Below are positions 8,861 to 18,555 of a DNA stretch of 64,000 nt, piece after piece; position 1 is the first letter of the stretch; every line of letters starts with the position of its first letter. A model generated the notes under the pieces. It saw nothing but the letters and a program-made list of their open reading frames with translations. It made no database searches and was not told the DNA's origin. A program made the translations under genes and the position numbers. Origin of the DNA: an uncultured Planctomycetaceae bacterium (GTDB taxonomy: Bacteria > Planctomycetota > Phycisphaerae > SM23-33); assembly GCA_964531695.1 (NCBI GenBank), contig CAZHEH010000007.1:34121-98120 (forward strand). Reading direction: 5' to 3'.

Positions 8861-9802
8861 CTACGGCTCTTCGCGGCGCGAGGTCACCTTGGTATCGGTC
8901 TTCTGGTCGATGACCATCTCGACCGCCTCTTGCTCCGGCGGGTCGATGGTCACATGGATCTCGCCCTCTTGGCTCGTCTCGACGGTGGCGAACAATCCCA
9001 GCGTCGCGTCGAAGAGCATGGTGCCCTTCTGGCGGAACTCCATGCCCTGCAACTCCGTTGCGACGCCCGCTGTCACCGGCAACTCGCCGCCCTCGGAACT
9101 CATCGTGCCGTCGAAGGCGATCTCAACCATCTCGTGACCGTCCTGCTCCTCGATCGACAGCACCTCCGCGTCGTAGGCGAACGTCAGCGCCCCCGCCATG
9201 GGAACCGAGAACTCCATCGTGTCCGCGTACGTGTCGCCGACGCCCACGGGCTCGCCCGGCAGCATCTTCGCCTGCTGCGAGACCATCTGCGACATCGCCT
9301 CATCCCCGAGCATCGCCTTCATCTGCTCGAACATCGGCGCGGCGTCGGGCATGCGGCGGGCCATTTCGTCCCACATCGCATCGAGACCCTCGGCCTCGAC
9401 GACCTTCCCGTCAGCGTCCGTGACGACCCGGAACTTCGTGCCGACCAGAGCGCCCAGCGACTTGGCCAGAATGGGCGCGTTGCCCTCCGTGGCATCGCTG
9501 TCGTAGGTCATCACGCCGTGGGCGTGCTCGATCTCCTGGCGGACCCGCTCGAAGGTGAGGAGGGTGGTCTGCTCGCCGTCGGCGTCCACCTCGCCGCACT
9601 CGACCCGCATTTCCATCATCATCTCGACGTCCTGGCTCTGCCCGTCCATCGGGCCGCCCTGGAATGACTGCCGGGTCTCCGTGTCCACCGTCACCCTGTA
9701 CGTGCCCGGCTCGCTCATGCGCGAGAGCTCGACCTTCTCCCGGCAGCCGACGACGCACAGCATCAGACCGACCGCCGCACAGCACTGGATCGCATTTCTC
9801 AT
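8861..9802 (-). CDS. Lipoprotein, acidic, function unknown
   Basis: Lipobox LMLCVVGC. No enzymatic motifs found. Confidence 0.5.
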   Translation of the reverse strand: MRNAIQCCAAVGLMLCVVGCREKVELSRMSEPGTYRVTVDTETRQSFQGGPMDGQSQDVEMMMEMRVECGEVDADGEQTTLLTFERVRQEIEHAHGVMTYDSDATEGNAPILAKSLGALVGTKFRVVTDADGKVVEAEGLDAMWDEMARRMPDAAPMFEQMKAMLGDEAMSQMVSQQAKMLPGEPVGVGDTYADTMEFSVPMAGALTFAYDAEVLSIEEQDGHEMVEIAFDGTMSSEGGELPVTAGVATELQGMEFRQKGTMLFDATLGLFATVETSQEGEIHVTIDPPEQEAVEMVIDQKTDTKVTSRREEP

Positions 9803-9989
9803 GGGGTATCCCTTTCCAGGTGTCGGCCGCCCCGCGCGACCGTGCCGGCATCATCGGCGCCCGGCCGCCGAATCGCAAGGAGCAGCATCACCCCATCACC
9901 CCGGAGAACGCCTCGTTTGCCAGCGAGAGCCGAGCAGCAAGCGACATTCCCCCCGCTGCGGCCATGTCATCCGTGGCGAGCCGCCGCGG

Positions 9990-10805
9990 CTAGCGCCCGG
10001 ATTCGGCCTTCTCCGTCCGGCCGCGGACCTCGATGCGCTCGATGGACTCGGTCCGGCCGCTGGCGGGGTTGACCGCCGCCAGCACGCCGCACAGGCGCGG
10101 GTCGCCCTGGGCCACGTCGAACCGCGCCGGCATGGAGGTCGTCATGTACTGGAGCACGCGCTCTTTCTTGCGCCCGAGCACGCCGTCGTAGGGCCCGGTC
10201 ATGCCCACGTCCGAGATGTAGCCGGTGCCCTTGGGCAGAATCCGAGCGTCGGCCGTCGGGATGTGCGTGTGCGTGCCGAAGATCAAGCTCATCCGCCCGT
10301 CGAGGTACCAACCCATCGCGATCTTCTCGCTGCTGGCCTCCGCGTGGAAGTCCATCACGCGCATGATGACGTCGGAAGGCACCTCATTGAGGACGCTGTC
10401 CACGGCCGTGAAGGGCGAGTCCGTCTGCTTCATGAACATCTGACCCAACGCGGCCGTGACCGCCACTCGATGCCGCCCCGACTTGGTCGGCACGACGGTC
10501 CATCGTTTGCCCGCCGCCTTGGGCAGCAGGTTCGCCGGGCGGACGACGCGGTCCGACTCGCGCATCGTCGGGATGATCTCCTGCTTGCGGAAGCAGTGAT
10601 CCCCGAGCGTGACGACATCTACCCCGTAGCGGAGCAGCTTGTTGAAGATCTGCGGCGTCAGGCCGCTGCCGCCGGCGACGTTCTCCGCATTGCAGACGAC
10701 CAGCTCGATGGATCGCTCGGCGATCAGCTCCTCCAGATGGTCCGAGAGCACGCCTCGACCGGGCGGGCCCACAACGTCCCCGATGCACAGTATGTTCACC
10801 GCCAT
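9990..10805 (-). CDS. ymdB: YmdB-like metallophosphoesterase (2',3'-cyclic-nucleotide phosphodiesterase family, TIGR00282-like)
   Basis: MAVNILCIGDVVGPPGR…VVCNAENVAGGSGLTP…GDHCF…GTHTHIPTAD metallophosphatase motifs typical of YmdB. Confidence 0.8.
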   Translation of the reverse strand: MAVNILCIGDVVGPPGRGVLSDHLEELIAERSIELVVCNAENVAGGSGLTPQIFNKLLRYGVDVVTLGDHCFRKQEIIPTMRESDRVVRPANLLPKAAGKRWTVVPTKSGRHRVAVTAALGQMFMKQTDSPFTAVDSVLNEVPSDVIMRVMDFHAEASSEKIAMGWYLDGRMSLIFGTHTHIPTADARILPKGTGYISDVGMTGPYDGVLGRKKERVLQYMTTSMPARFDVAQGDPRLCGVLAAVNPASGRTESIERIEVRGRTEKAESGR

Positions 10806-10900
10806 GCGACCGCGTCGCTTCCTAGCCCCCGCTACCGCGGCATTGTAGCCGCAACGAACCGCCAGACCAACCCCGTCGCTCGAATCCGGCCGGGCCTGCG

Positions 10901-12058
10901 TCAGTCCGTGTCCCGCGTCAGGATCTGAAGGTACGCGTCGTATGCGTAGACGCGGTCGCGCTGCCGCCCGGTGGTCTCGCGCAGAATGCCCGCTTGCTGG
11001 AGCGTGTCAATGGCCTTGCCCGCCGTGGGCTTGGTCGTATCCAGCAGCTCGACGGCCGCGGGCAGCGTCAGCACCGGTCGGGTGGCCAGGCGCTCCAACA
11101 GCCGGATCGCGCTGAGCGTCGCCCGGCGGTCCTCCACGAGCGTCCGCCGATCCCGCGTCAGCAGGGCGAACAGCCGCTGGGCCGTGGCGACCGCGTCGTC
11201 GGCCGCCTCGCGAACGCACTCCAGGTAATAGACCGTCCATCCCTCCCAGTCGCCTTCCGTCCGCACGCCCGTGAGGCGACGATAGTACTCCCGCTGGCGA
11301 TGCCGGAACGCCACGCTCAGGTACAGCAGCGGCGCGTCGAGCAAGCCCCAGTGCTCCAGCAGCAGCGCGATCAGCAGCCGCCCGATCCGGCCGTTGCCGT
11401 CGAGGAACGGGTGGATCGTCTCGAACTGCACGTGGGCCAGCCCGGCCCGGATCAGCGGCGGCAGCGGGTCGTCCGCGTCTATCCATCGCTCCAGCGAGGA
11501 CATCGCCGCCGGCACCTCCTCCGGCGGCGGGGGCACGAAGGCCGCGTTGCCGGGGCGCCTGCCCCCGACCCAGTTCTGCGAGCGGCGAACCTCACCCGGC
11601 CGCTTCTGGACGCCCCGGGCCCCGGCCATGAGGCGATCGTGGGCCCGGCAAAGCAGCCGCGTGCTCAGCGGCAATCCCCGCGGGCGGGCCATCTCGCGCC
11701 GTGCGTACGACAGCGCCTCGACGTAGTTGCAGACCTCCTCCACGTCCTCCGGCCGGTCGGTCTGCTCCGTCGCCTCGAAGGCCAGCACGTCGCGAAGCGT
11801 GGCCTGCGTGCCCTCGATCTGGGAGGAGATCACGGCCTCCTTGCGGACGAAGCCGTAGAGGAACCAGTCGATGCTAGGCACCATCGAGCCGGCCACCGAG
11901 AGCCGCCCCAGCGCGGCCTGTGCTTCCGTAAGCAGGTCCGCAAGCTCGTCGTCCACGACCAGCGGTGGCTTCGTGGGCGGAAGGGGATGGGGCACGAACG
12001 TCCGGACGGTCTCGCCGCCCGCCGCGCTCGTTCGGTATGCTCCGGTCTGACGCGCCAT
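10901..12058 (-). CDS. Fic family protein (AMPylase fold) with C-terminal winged HTH
   Basis: Canonical Fic motif HPFLDGNGRIGR, N-terminal Fic_N-like region and a C-terminal wHTH (GKAIDTLQQAGILRETTG). Confidence 0.85.
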   Translation of the reverse strand: MARQTGAYRTSAAGGETVRTFVPHPLPPTKPPLVVDDELADLLTEAQAALGRLSVAGSMVPSIDWFLYGFVRKEAVISSQIEGTQATLRDVLAFEATEQTDRPEDVEEVCNYVEALSYARREMARPRGLPLSTRLLCRAHDRLMAGARGVQKRPGEVRRSQNWVGGRRPGNAAFVPPPPEEVPAAMSSLERWIDADDPLPPLIRAGLAHVQFETIHPFLDGNGRIGRLLIALLLEHWGLLDAPLLYLSVAFRHRQREYYRRLTGVRTEGDWEGWTVYYLECVREAADDAVATAQRLFALLTRDRRTLVEDRRATLSAIRLLERLATRPVLTLPAAVELLDTTKPTAGKAIDTLQQAGILRETTGRQRDRVYAYDAYLQILTRDTD

Positions 12059-12091
12059 GTCCAGTCAAGGGCCTTCACCTGTAAGCCATGC

Positions 12092-12142
12092 TAGTAAAGC
12101 ATTCTTTACTAACGTCTGCCGTTAGTCAAGGTTCCTTTACTA
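12092..12142. promoter_or_regulatory. Two tandem palindromic operator-like sites TAGTAAAG-N4-CTTTACTA (12092-12111) and TAGTCAAG-N4-CTTTACTA (12123-12142)
   Basis: Read directly from the sequence in an AT-rich stretch. They sit about 35-85 bp upstream of the Fic start and at the head of the intergenic region preceding the portal gene. Centre-to-centre spacing is 31 bp. Confidence 0.45.
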
Positions 12143-12379
12143 AAGAAGTCCGCGTCGGCCGTCCCCGCAGCCCCCACGGCCGGGGGACAAGGCCCACATT
12201 GCCCGCGCGACGCGGATGTGCGCACAGGCGTTCCTCCCCTTCGCGCGGCTCGGCCGATTTTTCGTCATTTTGCTTAAACCCTATTCAGGCAAGACTTGCA
12301 CTCGTTCCGGCCCGGCCGTGTGCCGCGTCTGTGCGCGCGCCACGCGGCGCGCGGCGGGGGAGGTCGAGGAGACGACGCA

Positions 12380-14023
12380 ATGGCCTTCGACCTGACGAAC
12401 TTCCAAGACCCCGACCTCAGCAGCGACTACGTCCAGTACCTCGTCGAGCACGAGGCGCCGGATCGGGCCCGCCGGCTCGCCCGGGCTTGGGACTACTTCG
12501 CCAACCCGACCCGCCCGCTGAGCCGGACGCTCGCCGACGGCGGCGGAACCAGCGCCCGCCCGTACGTGCAGGCGCAGGAGCAGGGCCTCCCCGCACGCAT
12601 CACCGGCCTCAACCGACTCGGATCGCGGACCCGCGAGACGAACCTGAGCCGCAAGGAAGTCGTCATCGAGAACGACATCGCCTGGCGGGTTCAGACGATG
12701 GTGGATTTCCTCTTCGGGCGTCCGGTGCGGGTGCGTTCGCTCGCGGCGGACGCGAATCTGGCGGCGACGATCGAGCAGGTCGTCGCGACGCTGCTGGAAG
12801 ACAGCGGCGGCGTCGGCTTCTGCCAGGAAGCGGCCCTGTACGGGGCCGTATACGGCTTCGTGGACATCGCTCTCCGGACCCCGGCCGGCGGATCCGCCGT
12901 GTCCGGCCCCGCCCTGCCCAGCGCGGCGGGTCGCGGCGCGGGCGGTCCCCTTCCCGCCGACGCGCCACGCCGGCCGGGGCATCTCAACAACAACGCGCCC
13001 GACGCGGGCGCACAGACCGAGAATGCGGCAGGACCGCCCGGGCGAGCCCGGCCTGAACCGCGACTACAGCGGGCCCTGCAAGCGGCCCGCATGATCCAAC
13101 TGGAGGCCCTGGAGGCCCCCCGGGTCCTGCCCATTCTCGCCGAGGACGACTGCCGCCGCATCCGCTACTGGGTGCAGGTCTACCGCAAGCGTCCGCCGCG
13201 GCTGGCCCGCTCGCGGCGCCCGTGGTTCCTGCCGGGGCGCTCGCACGCCGCCCGCCCCGAGGAGGTCGAGGTCGTCGAGATTCTCGGCCCGACCTGGTGG
13301 CAGCGCTACGAGGACCGCCGCCTGGCGGCCGAGGGCCCCAACGCTCTCGGGCGGCTGCCCGTCGTGCACGTGCAGAACGTCGCCCAGCCGGGGCGCTACG
13401 AGGGGCTCAGCGACGTGCTGCCGCTGATTCCGCTTCAGGATGAGCTGAACACGCGGCTGAGCGACCGGGCGAGCCGCGTGACGTTCCAGTCGTTCAAGAT
13501 GTACCTGGCCAAGGGCATCGACGACTTCCTCGAGCGGCCGATCGCGCCGGGACAGATGTGGGCGACGCACAACCTCGACGCCCGCATCGAGGAGTTCGGC
13601 TCGGACACCGGCTCGCCCAGCGAGGACGCCCACATCGAGCAGGTCCGCCGGGCGATGGACAAGGTCTCCGGCGTCACGCCGCTGGCGGCGGGGCTCATCG
13701 AGGGCAACGTCGGCCACCTCACCAGCGCCACGGCGCTGAAGGTCGTCCTGAGCGGCCTGCTGGCCCGCACGGCCCGCAAGCGTCTGACGTACGGCGCGGG
13801 TCTGGCCGGCGTGGTCGAGCTGGCGCTGGCGTGGCTGGACCGCACCGGCGCGCTGGCCACCCGCCCCGACGACCGGCGGATCGAGATCGACTGGCCCGGC
13901 GTCCTGCCGGAGGATGAGTCCGAGCGGCTCCGCAACGCGGTGGTCAAGTCCCAGCTCGGCGTCCCGGCCGGGCGCATCCTGGCCGAGCTCGGTTACGGCC
14001 CGACCCCCAACGACGTGCATTGA
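12380..14023 (+). CDS. Phage portal protein (probable)
   Basis: 547 aa from MAFDLTNFQDPDLSSDYVQYLVEHEA. It has a portal-like size and an N-terminal R-rich/DYF region, and it sits in the portal-scaffold-capsid gene order. Confidence 0.55.
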   Translation: MAFDLTNFQDPDLSSDYVQYLVEHEAPDRARRLARAWDYFANPTRPLSRTLADGGGTSARPYVQAQEQGLPARITGLNRLGSRTRETNLSRKEVVIENDIAWRVQTMVDFLFGRPVRVRSLAADANLAATIEQVVATLLEDSGGVGFCQEAALYGAVYGFVDIALRTPAGGSAVSGPALPSAAGRGAGGPLPADAPRRPGHLNNNAPDAGAQTENAAGPPGRARPEPRLQRALQAARMIQLEALEAPRVLPILAEDDCRRIRYWVQVYRKRPPRLARSRRPWFLPGRSHAARPEEVEVVEILGPTWWQRYEDRRLAAEGPNALGRLPVVHVQNVAQPGRYEGLSDVLPLIPLQDELNTRLSDRASRVTFQSFKMYLAKGIDDFLERPIAPGQMWATHNLDARIEEFGSDTGSPSEDAHIEQVRRAMDKVSGVTPLAAGLIEGNVGHLTSATALKVVLSGLLARTARKRLTYGAGLAGVVELALAWLDRTGALATRPDDRRIEIDWPGVLPEDESERLRNAVVKSQLGVPAGRILAELGYGPTPNDVH

Positions 14024-14044
14024 CCCCCCAGGAAAGGACACGCG

Positions 14045-14581
14045 ATGAACGACCCGACACAAGACACGCCGACACCGGAGGAAGCCCAACCGGACAGCCC
14101 CGGGCTCGCCCCCGTGGCCGAGTCCATCAAGTACCGCCGCCGAGCGCAGCAGGCCGAGAGACGCGCCGAGGAGCTGGAGCGGCGGCTCGCCGAGCGGGCG
14201 GACCAGCTCGCCACGGCCGAGGCCCAACGGGACGAGGCGGCCCAGCAACTCGCCGCGACCGAGAACCGCGCCGCCGCCGAGCGGATGCTCACGGAGGCGG
14301 GCGTGGCGGACCTGGAGGCGGCGTCGCTGCTGTTGGCCCGGCGGGTGGACCTCGCCCAGCCGGCCGAGGGCGATTCGCTCCGCACGGCCGTCGAGCACCT
14401 CCTGCTGGACAAGCCGTTCCTCCGCGGCGCCGCGCCGCAGTTGCCGCCGACCTCGGCCGGCGAGCGCGGCGACGCTCCGCTCGGAGCGCAGCTCGCCCAG
14501 GCGGCCGACCGCGCCGCGCGGCAGGGCGATCGGCGCAGCATCGCGCATTACCTCCGGCTGAGGCGCCAAGCGGCGAGCTAG
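14045..14581 (+). CDS. Phage scaffolding-like protein (acidic, coiled-coil)
   Basis: 178 aa with a long charged helical segment RRAQQAERRAEELERRLAERADQLATAEAQRDEAAQQLAA. It is located between the portal and the capsid gene. Confidence 0.5.
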   Translation: MNDPTQDTPTPEEAQPDSPGLAPVAESIKYRRRAQQAERRAEELERRLAERADQLATAEAQRDEAAQQLAATENRAAAERMLTEAGVADLEAASLLLARRVDLAQPAEGDSLRTAVEHLLLDKPFLRGAAPQLPPTSAGERGDAPLGAQLAQAADRAARQGDRRSIAHYLRLRRQAAS

Positions 14582-14751
14582 CCGACCGGGCCGTCGCGTG
14601 GGGCATGTGCGAGAGGCCCGTGCCACGCATGCGCGATTGCTCGAGCCGCAGCCATCGGATCGATGGGCCCAGGCGGGCCGAGATTCCCCGGCCGTGCCGG
14701 GAAGGACGTACCCCACACGAACACGAACCTCGAACCTTCAAGGAGCACGAC

Positions 14752-15912
14752 ATGCCATTCACCGGAAAAGCAACCTACTCCGCCGGCAGCGCCCTGCCGG
14801 AACTGGCCGAGGACGTCGGCGACATCATCGGCATCGTCTCGCCGTATGAGACGCCGCTGCTGGACCGCCTCGGCGACGCGGCCCGACCCGCCACGAGCAC
14901 CTACCACGAGTGGCTCGAGGACGAGCTGCTGCCCAACACCGACGCGATCGACGACAACGACTGGACCGACCCGGTCTCCGATCAGACCTTCGGCGTGGAC
15001 CACCCCGAGCGGTTCCGCGTCGGCGACCAGGTCCGCCCCGCGGGCAGCTCCGAGCTGATGCTGGTGGCCGCGACGGACGCCGTCGCCGGCACGATCACCG
15101 TCGACCGCGGCTACGGCGGCACCGCGCCCGAGGACCTCGCCGACGACCAGGTGCTGCACATCCTCGGCAACGCGGCCCTGGAGGGCGACGACGCCCCGGC
15201 CGCCCGCTTCACCCACCGCGTCCGCAAGGGCAACTGGACGCAGATCTTCACCGCCGCGGTTCGCGTCAGCGGCTCGGACCTCGCCGTCCGGAAGCTCGCC
15301 GTCGCCGACGAGCTGGACTACCAGAAGCAGGAGCGGCTCCGCGAGCTGCTGCGCGACCTGGAAAGCACCGTCATCAACGGCACGACCTCCGCGGCTTCGC
15401 CCCAGGGCTCGGCCACCGTCCGCCGCACGATGAAGGGCATCATCCCCTCGCTGACGACGAACGTGTTCCGGCCGAGCGTTGGCGGCTTCCCGAACGACGG
15501 CGACCTGACCGAGACGCAGCTCAACCTCGCCCTGCGCCGCATCTGGGAGGGCGCGTCGAGCCGCATCGACACGATCGTGGTCGGCGGCTACCAGAAGCGC
15601 CGCATCAACTCTTTCATCACGTCGGGGCGCTCGTACGGCCCGGACGACGTGACGTACCGCGAGCTGGTGAGCATCTACGAGAGCGACTTCGGCGTCTGCC
15701 GCGTCGTGCTGTGCCGGTCCGTCCCGGCCGACACGGTGCTGCTGCTGGACAGCTCCCGCGTCGAGGTGCTGCCGCTGGCCGGGCGGAGCTTCCACTTCAA
15801 GCCGCTCAGCGCCGCCGGCGACTACGAGGCCGGCGAGGTCATCGGCGAGTACACGCTGGAGCTGCGGAACGAGAACGCCCACGGCGTCATCACCGGGCTG
15901 GACATCTCCTGA
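14752..15912 (+). CDS. Phage major capsid protein (probable, ~386 aa)
   Basis: ATG at 14752 follows the RBS AAGGAGC. It has a capsid-protein size and position, with a C-terminal region (…RVVLCRSVPADTVLLLDSSRVEVLPLAGRSFHFKPL…) typical of capsid-family proteins. Confidence 0.55.
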   Translation: MPFTGKATYSAGSALPELAEDVGDIIGIVSPYETPLLDRLGDAARPATSTYHEWLEDELLPNTDAIDDNDWTDPVSDQTFGVDHPERFRVGDQVRPAGSSELMLVAATDAVAGTITVDRGYGGTAPEDLADDQVLHILGNAALEGDDAPAARFTHRVRKGNWTQIFTAAVRVSGSDLAVRKLAVADELDYQKQERLRELLRDLESTVINGTTSAASPQGSATVRRTMKGIIPSLTTNVFRPSVGGFPNDGDLTETQLNLALRRIWEGASSRIDTIVVGGYQKRRINSFITSGRSYGPDDVTYRELVSIYESDFGVCRVVLCRSVPADTVLLLDSSRVEVLPLAGRSFHFKPLSAAGDYEAGEVIGEYTLELRNENAHGVITGLDIS

Positions 15913-15985
15913 CCCGCGCGGGCCGACGGTGCGGCGGGTCGATGGCCGGCCCGCCGCGCCGCTCCCGCCCGAGGAGGACGAGCCG

Positions 15986-16639
15986 ATGACATCCTTCTGC
16001 ACGGACAGAGACCTGCTCGCGGCCGAGCCGCTGATCTACCTCAGCGGCGGCTTCCCGGCCCAGGCCCCGGCCGCGGGCGACGACGGCGAACTCGACGGCA
16101 CGAGCTTTACCTCGGCCGGCAGCGACTTCGCCGCCGCGGGGGCCGCCCCCGGCATGGTGCTGCGGGTCGCCGACGGCCCGCAGGCGCAGCGAAGGGCCCT
16201 GGAGGTCGTCTCCGTCGAGGGCCCGACGGCACTGACGGTGTCCGTGCTCCGCCCGGATGCCGAAGCCGACGCCGTGCCGCCGGTCGCGGGCACCGGGCTT
16301 CACTTCGAGCTGCGGACCTTCGCGGCGCAGATCGCCTCCGTCTCGGCCACGCTGGCCGAGAAGCTCCGCACCGCGTCGGAAGCGGCCGGCATCTCCGCGG
16401 CCGAGTTCGCGGACTCGGCCCAGCTCGCCCGGTGCTGTGCGGCCGGCGTGTTGGCGAGCGTCTACACCGCCCGCGCCGAGAACGCCGCCGCCGAGGACGC
16501 CAACTGGACCAAGGCCGAGCACTATCGCCGCGTGTTCCGCCGGAGCCAGGTGCGGCTCCGACTGGCGGTGGACGCCGACTCCGACGGCACGGCCGAGAGC
16601 ACGCGAACGCTGGGGCACGTCGCCCTGCGGAGGGTCTGA
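15986..16639 (+). CDS. Phage-like structural module protein, function unknown
   Basis: Start MTSFCTDRDLLAAEP. First of a chain of translationally coupled ORFs after the capsid gene. Confidence 0.45.
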   Translation: MTSFCTDRDLLAAEPLIYLSGGFPAQAPAAGDDGELDGTSFTSAGSDFAAAGAAPGMVLRVADGPQAQRRALEVVSVEGPTALTVSVLRPDAEADAVPPVAGTGLHFELRTFAAQIASVSATLAEKLRTASEAAGISAAEFADSAQLARCCAAGVLASVYTARAENAAAEDANWTKAEHYRRVFRRSQVRLRLAVDADSDGTAESTRTLGHVALRRV

Positions 16640-16641
16640 GC

Positions 16642-17076
16642 GTGACTTCCACCGAAACCGCCATCTGCCGGGACGCGGCCGCGGCGCTGGACGCCTCGGG
16701 CCTGTTCGCCGAGACGCACGTCGGGCTCGACGCGGCGAGCAATGCCGTGCCGCGGGCGAGCGTCGCCGTCGAGGGCCGCGAGGTCTTCCTCAGCGACGAC
16801 CGCCCCAACGGCCTGTGGGTCCGCCTGCGCCTGCGCGTGTTCGTGCGGGACCGGGCGGACAACGTCGGCGACGGCGTCGCCCGCACGGCCGACCTGTGCG
16901 CCGCGGCGGGCGCGGCCCTGCTGGCGGACCCGAAGCGCGGCGGGCTCTGCCGGGACCTGCCCGTCGGGCGGGCGACGGAGTTGGGCGCGACGGACGCGGT
17001 CACGGGCGTGCGCCGCCCGGCCGTCGAGGCCTCGCTCGCCGTCCGCTGCCACTACGAGACGGAGGACGCGCCATGA
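16642..17076 (+). CDS. Phage-like small structural protein (GTG start)
   Basis: GTG is 2 nt after the previous stop, with GGAGGG about 8 nt upstream. The protein has no internal Met and ends in an ATGA overlap with the next gene. Confidence 0.4.
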   Translation: MTSTETAICRDAAAALDASGLFAETHVGLDAASNAVPRASVAVEGREVFLSDDRPNGLWVRLRLRVFVRDRADNVGDGVARTADLCAAAGAALLADPKRGGLCRDLPVGRATELGATDAVTGVRRPAVEASLAVRCHYETEDAP

Positions 17077-17480
17077 CGCGCTACGCTCGCATCGAATCGC
17101 TCCGCTTCGGCGCGACGGCGCTGCCCCTGCCGATCTCCGTCCGAGTGACGCGCCGGGCGGGGGTCCGCGCCGCCGCCGGCGCGGGCGACCGCTACGCCTC
17201 GAGCGTCGAGTTCGACGGCTGCCGCGTGGAGGCGGAGGTCCGGCTCCGCGGCACGGCCGCCGCCGAGAACCTCGCGCCCGGCGAGGAGGGGACGCTCGCC
17301 TTCACCGTCTCGGCGATGCGCGCGGGCGCGAGCGGGCGGAGCGTCAGAATCTCGGGCGCCGTCCTCACGAGCATCGAGATCGCGTACGAGCAGACGTCCG
17401 CCGCCGTCGCGGTGCTGCGACTCACGGCCGAGTCGGACGGCGGCGCGCACGACCCGCACGCCGCGGAGGATGACGAATGA
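17073..17480 (+). CDS. Phage-like small structural protein
   Basis: MTRYARIESLRFG…. ATGA overlaps on both sides. Confidence 0.45.
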   Translation: MTRYARIESLRFGATALPLPISVRVTRRAGVRAAAGAGDRYASSVEFDGCRVEAEVRLRGTAAAENLAPGEEGTLAFTVSAMRAGASGRSVRISGAVLTSIEIAYEQTSAAVAVLRLTAESDGGAHDPHAAEDDE

Positions 17481-17839
17481 CCACGATCGACGCTCAAGCC
17501 CTGTTCGCCTCCGGCCCGCACTCGCTCCGGCCGGGAACGCCGCAGCGCCATATCGTCCGCCGCGGCCTGCCGGGGCTCGACGGAGAGCTGGCGCTCGACA
17601 TGGGCCTCCGCTCGCGCCGGCTGGTGCACACCGGGCGGCTCCAGGGCCAGACCGCCCAGGAGGTCGCCGATCAACTCGCCGCCATCGAGGCCCGCATCGA
17701 CGGCCGGACGCACCTGCTCGCCGACGACCGGGCCGGAACCTTCCCCCGAGTGCTCATCGAGTCCTGCGAGCCGACGGCCATCCGTCGCGGTCGCCGCTTC
17801 TGGTGCGACTACGAAATCGTCTATCGCCAACTGCCATGA
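17477..17839 (+). CDS. Phage-like small structural protein
   Basis: MTTIDAQALF…. ATGA overlaps on both sides. Confidence 0.45.
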   Translation: MTTIDAQALFASGPHSLRPGTPQRHIVRRGLPGLDGELALDMGLRSRRLVHTGRLQGQTAQEVADQLAAIEARIDGRTHLLADDRAGTFPRVLIESCEPTAIRRGRRFWCDYEIVYRQLP

Positions 17840-18555
17840 CGACCCTCGCCACGGACAACATCGACCGTCTCACGGCCGAGCCGACCCCGAGCGGCTGGCG
17901 CGTCCGCTTCCGCTCCGCGCACCCCGGGCTGTGCCACCAGCTCTACGTCAACGGACGACTCGCCGACTTCACAGACACGCCCGCCGGCCGGGCGTTCGAC
18001 GTGCCGGCCGGCCCCGAGCCGCGCGAGCTTTGCATCGCGGCCGTCGAGCCCGCGCGGCGCGGCGAGGACCTGTCCGGCCTGCTTCCGCCCGCGCTGCGCG
18101 AGCCCGGCTGGCTCTACACGGCCACGGTCGTGCGCGAGCCGGGCGCCCGAGCCGGCGACCTGCTGGCCGTGCGGAGCGACCGGGCCGACGCCCCGCTTCG
18201 GGTTCGCGAGTCGGCCCCGGACTGGCTGCCGCGCTGGGGCTTCGGCGCAAGCGCGTTCGGCCTGGGCGCCGCCGGCTACGGCGGCATCGGCGCGCCGGGC
18301 CTGGGCCGGGGCGGCTTCGGCGCCGGCCCGTTCGGCTTCGGGGCGGCAGTCCTCGAGCTTCGCGTGCCGCTGGCGGCGGACGGGACGCACGCGATCACCC
18401 TCCGCACGCGCTCCGCCGAGGGCCAGACGACCGACACGCCCGGCGGCGAGGTCGTCGCGCATCCGCCGCCCGCGCCCCCGGCCGCGCTGCACGCAACGGC
18501 ATACGACCCGCAGACCCACGCACTCACACTCACCCTCGAGGACCCCACGCCATGA
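17836..18555 (+). CDS. Phage-like structural protein with a Gly-rich segment
   Basis: MTTLATDNIDRL… containing GFGASAFGLGAAGYGGIGAPGLGRGGFGAGPFGFG. ATGA-coupled to its neighbours. Confidence 0.45.
   Translation: MTTLATDNIDRLTAEPTPSGWRVRFRSAHPGLCHQLYVNGRLADFTDTPAGRAFDVPAGPEPRELCIAAVEPARRGEDLSGLLPPALREPGWLYTATVVREPGARAGDLLAVRSDRADAPLRVRESAPDWLPRWGFGASAFGLGAAGYGGIGAPGLGRGGFGAGPFGFGAAVLELRVPLAADGTHAITLRTRSAEGQTTDTPGGEVVAHPPPAPPAALHATAYDPQTHALTLTLEDPTP

Noticed and set aside
13064-14716. 550-aa minus-strand ORF and other antisense ORFs across the portal and scaffold region
   Set aside because: High-GC antisense artefacts. The plus-strand genes show the coherent portal-scaffold-capsid organisation and translational coupling.
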